Source: a virus (taxonomy: Monodnaviria > Loebvirae > Hofneiviricota > Faserviricetes > Tubulavirales > Inoviridae). From it: a stretch of DNA of 7,923 nt. The DNA is taken from positions 1 through 7,923 of the IMG/VR virus record IMGVR_UViG_2651869724_000001; one strand, written 5' to 3'. A model generated the notes under the pieces. That model did no database searches. It was given only the letters and a program-made list of their open reading frames with translations, and was not told where the DNA came from. A program made the position numbers and the translations under genes. Of the stretch, positions 1-7,923 are shown in pieces (the stretch's first letter is position 1; every line of letters begins with the position of its first letter).

Positions 1-1062
<1,062 letters not shown>

Positions 1063-1070
1063 TCACCCTC

Positions 1071-1361
<291 letters not shown>

Positions 1362-1375
1362 TCACCACCTGATTA

Positions 1376-3025
<1,650 letters not shown>

Positions 3026-3029
3026 TTCA

Positions 3030-3200
3030 TCACCAGTAAAAACTAAATGGTTTTACAATTCGACGGAAATCCTGATCGGCTTTTTCAAGAATAACTGAAA
3101 CAACATATTCTTCAATGGTTGTATTTTTATTGTAAATAATTCTTTCTATCTGCTCGATAGTGTATTCTGGCAATTTAACTTTAAATTCTTGAGTAGACAT
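3030..3200 (-). CDS. 56-aa hypothetical protein, possible ribbon-helix-helix fold; absent from the ORF track (below its length cutoff)
   Basis: Minus-strand ATG at 3200-3198 is 5 nt after GAGGT. Translation: [56 protein letters not shown]. Its TGA at 3032-3030 lies 4 nt before the pIII ATG (TGATGAAATG). The strand-helix-helix spacing is my reading of the sequence, not a search result. Confidence 0.35.
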   Translation of the reverse strand: MSTQEFKVKLPEYTIEQIERIIYNKNTTIEEYVVSVILEKADQDFRRIVKPFSFYW

Positions 3201-3292
3201 AAAACCTCACAAATTAGATTTAAAGCCAATGACGCAACATAACCCACAAAGGGAACCAAACATCATAAAAATAAAATCAAACATAAATATCC

Positions 3293-3316
3293 AAAAAAAG
3301 GGCGGAATATCCGCCC
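3293..3316 (-). terminator. Rho-independent terminator after the major coat gene
   Basis: Perfect 7-bp stem gggcgga (3300-3306) / tccgccc (3310-3316) with a 3-nt loop. On the minus-strand transcript it is followed by a 7-U tract (plus-strand A run 3293-3299). Sits 19 nt past the pVIII stop, as in Ff phages. Confidence 0.55.
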
Positions 3317-3334
3317 TTCCTCATAAAAAACAAC

Positions 3335-3583
3335 TCAGATACTTCTGATGGCTCCCCATACTTTACGAACGCCAGCAAAAGTCAGATAAACTGTAACTCC
3401 TGCAACACCGATAGAAAGAATAACAGCAGAAACAGAAGACATATCAATGCTGTTAGTCAATGATGAAAAATCGACTGTACCAGCAAAAGACGGAGATACA
3501 GCAAGAGCAGAAGCAGCGGAAAAAGATAAAGCTGCAACTTTCTTATCAACACCCTTAAAAAAATTGGTCATTTTTGCAAACAT
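3335..3583 (-). CDS. Major coat protein (pVIII-like) precursor, 82 aa
   Basis: AAGGAG lies 8 nt upstream of the ATG at 3583-3581. Signal-like N-terminus MFAKMTNFFKGVDKKVAALSFSAASALAVSPSFA, then a short mature part with a hydrophobic core and basic C-terminus (RKVWGAIRSI). The listed 102-aa ORF (to 3643) extends upstream with no RBS. Confidence 0.6.
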   Translation of the reverse strand: MFAKMTNFFKGVDKKVAALSFSAASALAVSPSFAGTVDFSSLTNSIDMSSVSAVILSIGVAGVTVYLTFAGVRKVWGAIRSI

Positions 3584-3585
3584 AA

Positions 3586-3759
3586 TTAAAGTCTCCTTAT
3601 TAAACTCCAAATTGTGGAAATAATCATGCCAAGAAAAAAACAAAATACTGGCAGTGAAAATCCCGTTAAAAACGCCGAGGAATAAATCCCCGACACATCA
3701 GGTATCCCCACGCAAATAGCATTAATTTGCGTGGAAACTGAATCCGAATTAACAGACAT
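3586..3759 (-). CDS. 57-aa small hydrophobic protein in the pVII/pIX slot (candidate minor coat protein)
   Basis: ATG at 3759-3757 follows 4 nt after the TAG of the upstream gene. Translation MSVNSDSVSTQINAICVGIPDVSGIYSSAFLTGFSLPVFCFFLGMIISTIWSLIRRL has a hydrophobic C-terminal half and basic end. Its TAA (3588-3586) lies inside the pVIII RBS region. Below the ORF-track cutoff. Confidence 0.35.
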   Translation of the reverse strand: MSVNSDSVSTQINAICVGIPDVSGIYSSAFLTGFSLPVFCFFLGMIISTIWSLIRRL

Positions 3760-3763
3760 AAAA

Positions 3764-5600
<1,837 letters not shown>

Positions 5601-5636
5601 TAATCACCTTCTATTGAAAGGACATAGAGGTAAATT

Positions 5637-5852
5637 TTGATGAAAAAAGAAACAAAGCGCGGAGACACAACCGTAAGGATTAACGAAAACAGAAAACTGG
5701 AGCTAAAACGAAGAGTGCTGGAAATCGGTAATAAAACAGGTGAGCTACTAAAACCATCAGAGATAGTAAACCACTTAATAGACAACTACTTAGATGATGC
5801 GGTGAAAGATCTAATAAGCAAAGAAGAACTTAAGAAAAAAAAGGCAATGTGA
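5637..5852 (+). CDS. Ribbon-helix-helix-like DNA-binding regulator (71 aa), candidate phage repressor
   Basis: Listed ORF with AGAGG 8-10 nt upstream. TTVRINENRKLELKRRVLEIG...KPSEIVNHLIDNYL reads as strand-helix-helix. Divergent from the phage operon, the position taken by repressors such as RstR in CTXphi-type phages. Confidence 0.45.
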   Translation: MMKKETKRGDTTVRINENRKLELKRRVLEIGNKTGELLKPSEIVNHLIDNYLDDAVKDLISKEELKKKKAM

Positions 5853-5908
5853 TCCCTTTTCCTGCATTCAGCAGACTACCCGCGAAGGATCGAAAGGATA
5901 CGGTTTAA

Positions 5909-6142
<234 letters not shown>

Positions 6143-6193
6143 TAAAGGAATGTAGAGTCCCGACAGGATTAACAACATCAGCTCAGAAAAACC

Positions 6194-6334
6194 ATGCACG
6201 ACATGATTCTGGATTTACTAATGAAATACCTGATTGCCGGTAGTCTGTTCGGCATGTTTTTGTTCAGCGTCATAACAATAGTGTTGCCAATCGTCCTGAG
6301 GGCACACAATAAAATCAACAGAAGCAACGACTGA
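6194..6334 (+). CDS. 46-aa hypothetical small membrane protein
   Basis: ATG at 6194, TGA at 6332-6334. MHDMILDLLMKYLIAGSLFGMFLFSVITIVLPIVLRAHNKINRSND has one predicted transmembrane helix and a basic tail. No clear Shine-Dalgarno; below the ORF-track cutoff. Confidence 0.25.
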   Translation: MHDMILDLLMKYLIAGSLFGMFLFSVITIVLPIVLRAHNKINRSND

Positions 6335-6343
6335 ATACACAAC

Positions 6344-6371
6344 AGTGCGCACAATGGCGTTATGTATAAAA
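6344..6371. other. dif-like candidate XerC/XerD recombination site (possible prophage attachment junction)
   Basis: AGTGCGCACAA-TGGCGT-TATGTATAAAA compared with E. coli dif GGTGCGCATAA-TGTATA-TTATGTTAAAT. XerC-arm-like half matches 9/11. XerD-arm-like half matches 8/11 only if the central region is 5 bp, and 5/11 with canonical 11-6-11 spacing. Confidence 0.3.
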
Positions 6372-6410
6372 AGGCCGCTGCGGTGGAAAGTATCGCAGCG
6401 GCCTTTTCAA
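6366..6410. terminator. Bidirectional rho-independent terminator
   Basis: Perfect 12-bp stem aaggccgctgcg (6371-6382) / cgcagcggcctt (6394-6405) with 11-nt loop, flanked by an A run (6366-6372) and a T run (6404-6407). Confidence 0.5.
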
Positions 6411-6517
6411 CATAACGCGTGTCACATTATGTGCACCAATATTGTAACAGCAAAGTTGTAATGTCCGCCTTGGGCTAAGTTAAGATGTCCGGCGTGTATA
6501 ATCAAGTAAGGATTACC

Positions 6518-7048
6518 ATGACGGCTCTCGCAGCGGAGTTTTTCACTTTGGATGAAGTTAACCGACTCAAGATTATTCAGGACGTCATCGACCGGCGTCT
6601 GACAACACAGATGGCAGCGCAGCGGCTTGGTATCTCCGACCGCCAGTGCCGTCGTCTGCTTGCGCGTTATCGTGAAGATGGTCCGCTTGGCATGACCAGC
6701 CGCCGTCGTGGTAAATCCAGCAATAATCAGCTGCCTCAGGGACTGGCCGCATACGCGCTGAATATTATTCGCGAACGCTATAACGATTTCGGTCCGACTC
6801 TGGCCTGTGAAAAACTGGCTGAGGTTCACGGCGTTCATATTTCCAAAGAAACGGTTCGTAAGTTGATGACTCAGGCCAGTCTTTGGGTTCCACGTAAGCA
6901 ACGTGCACCAAAAATCCAGCAGCCGCGTTACCGACGTGCCTGTGCCGGTGAACTCATACAAATTGACGGCTGCGACCATCACTGGTTTGAAAACCGGGGA
7001 CCCAAGTGTAAGCACTGGTTTACGTTGATGACGCCACCAGTCGTCTGA
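6518..7048 (+). CDS. Transposase N-terminal segment (HTH DNA-binding region), ending at a frameshift
   Basis: ATG at 6518 (MTALAAEFF...) lies 5 nt after AAGGAT; the listed ORF starts at 6485. HTH-like TTQMAAQRLGISDRQCRRLLARYREDG. The frame ends ...IQIDGCDHHWFENRGPKCKHWFTLMTPPVV, while the -1 frame opens at 7012 and reads ALVYVDDATSRL. Confidence 0.55.
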   Translation: MTALAAEFFTLDEVNRLKIIQDVIDRRLTTQMAAQRLGISDRQCRRLLARYREDGPLGMTSRRRGKSSNNQLPQGLAAYALNIIRERYNDFGPTLACEKLAEVHGVHISKETVRKLMTQASLWVPRKQRAPKIQQPRYRRACAGELIQIDGCDHHWFENRGPKCKHWFTLMTPPVV

Positions 7049-7923
7049 TGCAGCTTCGTTTCGTAAAATCTGAATCGACTTTCACCTATTTTGAAGCGAC
7101 ACGGGGCTATATTGAAATGCATGGTAAGCCACTGGCGCTCTATAGCGACAAAGCCAGTGTCTTCAGGATCAACAATAAAAATGCCACTGGCGGCGAAGGC
7201 GAAACGCAGTTTGGACGTGCGATGCACGAACTGAACATTCAAACCATCTGTGCAGAAACCAGCGCAGCAAAAGGTCGTGTTGAGCGGGCGCATCTAACCC
7301 TTCAGGACAGACTGGTCAAGGAACTCAGGCTTCAGGGCATCAGCACAATGGAATCTGCTAACGCATTTGCCGAAGAGTTCATGAACGATTACAACCGACG
7401 TTTTTCAAAAGCGCCTCGCCAGGAGTTCGATGTTCATCGGGAACTGGATGTCGATGATGATCTTGATATGGTGTTTACTTGGCGTGAAGCCCGCCGCGTG
7501 TCGAAATCACTCACTGTGCAGTACGACAAAGTGCTTTACCTCATTGAAGACAATGAGTTCAGTCGTCGGGCGATTGGTAAATACATTGATGTCTGGCATT
7601 ACCCTGACGGACATAAAGAGCTCCGGCTTAATGGCGTATCACTTCCCTACTCCACCTATGACAAACTGTCTGAAATCGATCAGGGTGCCATTGTGGACAA
7701 TAAACGTCTTGGCCGTGCGCTGGAGATGGCGCAACTTGTGCAGGCCGAACGGGATAATAACCGGTCACAATCAGTGCCATCCGGTGACGGCCCTTCACGC
7801 AGGCGCAAAGCCCCTACGACGAAGAAATCCCAGCGTTCTTTGGACCAGGACGATATGTTCAATGCACTTGTAAAACTTCAGACACGAGCTGAGGAGATTT
7901 TTGGTGAACGCAACCAAAAATGA
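7048..7923 (+). CDS. Transposase catalytic-core segment (rve/DDE integrase fold); reading frame is open from 7012
   Basis: DDE-like motifs: LVYVDDATSRL (encoded 7015-7047, upstream of the listed ATG), LYSDKASVF, and AETSAAKGRVERAHLTLQ. The TGA falls at 7921-7923, the window end. Confidence 0.55.
   Translation: MQLRFVKSESTFTYFEATRGYIEMHGKPLALYSDKASVFRINNKNATGGEGETQFGRAMHELNIQTICAETSAAKGRVERAHLTLQDRLVKELRLQGISTMESANAFAEEFMNDYNRRFSKAPRQEFDVHRELDVDDDLDMVFTWREARRVSKSLTVQYDKVLYLIEDNEFSRRAIGKYIDVWHYPDGHKELRLNGVSLPYSTYDKLSEIDQGAIVDNKRLGRALEMAQLVQAERDNNRSQSVPSGDGPSRRRKAPTTKKSQRSLDQDDMFNALVKLQTRAEEIFGERNQK

Larger units (their letters stand above)
6420..7923 (+). mobile_element. Insertion sequence, partial in window (left boundary approximate, right end beyond the window), carrying an HTH plus DDE/rve transposase
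   Basis: Transposase ORFs at 6518-7923. GC content is visibly higher than in the phage module. The candidate left end begins with tgtcacatt near 6420, but no inverted-repeat partner can be seen in the window. Confidence 0.55.

Noticed and set aside
6470-6502. Sigma70 promoter for the transposase (TATAAT at 6497-6502)
   Set aside because: The -10 is a perfect hexamer but no acceptable -35 lies at 16-18 bp spacing, and it sits only about 15 nt from the start codon. Too uncertain to list.
6422-7015. 197-aa minus-strand ORF
   Set aside because: Fully antisense to the transposase N-terminal segment, which has recognisable HTH motifs.
7000-7050. Programmed -1 ribosomal frameshift in the transposase
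   Set aside because: No slippery heptamer at the frame junction. A 1-bp deletion in an A run explains the shift more simply.
7430-7873. 147-aa plus-strand ORF and 60-aa minus-strand ORF (7680-7862)
   Set aside because: Both are embedded in other frames of the transposase core, which carries the DDE motifs.

Overview
Most of this window (about 1-5900) is a filamentous-phage (inovirus-type) prophage module, with all structural and replication genes on the minus strand. Read in the direction of transcription (high to low coordinates) the order is: acidic 65-aa ORF, rolling-circle Rep, 111-aa protein in the gene V slot, 57-aa hydrophobic protein, major coat protein, intrinsic terminator, unlisted 56-aa ORF, pIII-like adsorption protein with a Gly/Thr/Ser tandem-repeat linker, pVI-like protein, and a Zot/pI-like assembly ATPase. 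A ribbon-helix-helix-like regulator is encoded divergently on the plus strand (5637-5852), across an intergenic region carrying repeated palindromes. Downstream of it lie two hairpins, a GC-richer stretch with no convincing gene, a 46-aa membrane-protein ORF, a dif-like XerC/XerD candidate site, a bidirectional terminator, and an insertion sequence whose transposase is split by a frameshift and whose far end lies beyond the window. The two points most worth checking are an in-frame TAA in the pI/Zot gene just after its Walker A motif, and a cluster of small ORFs with no product I recognise (the 56-aa, 65-aa, 111-aa and 46-aa proteins). Every call rests on reading the sequence and on motif-level family knowledge; no database search or computation was run, so family names are hypotheses.
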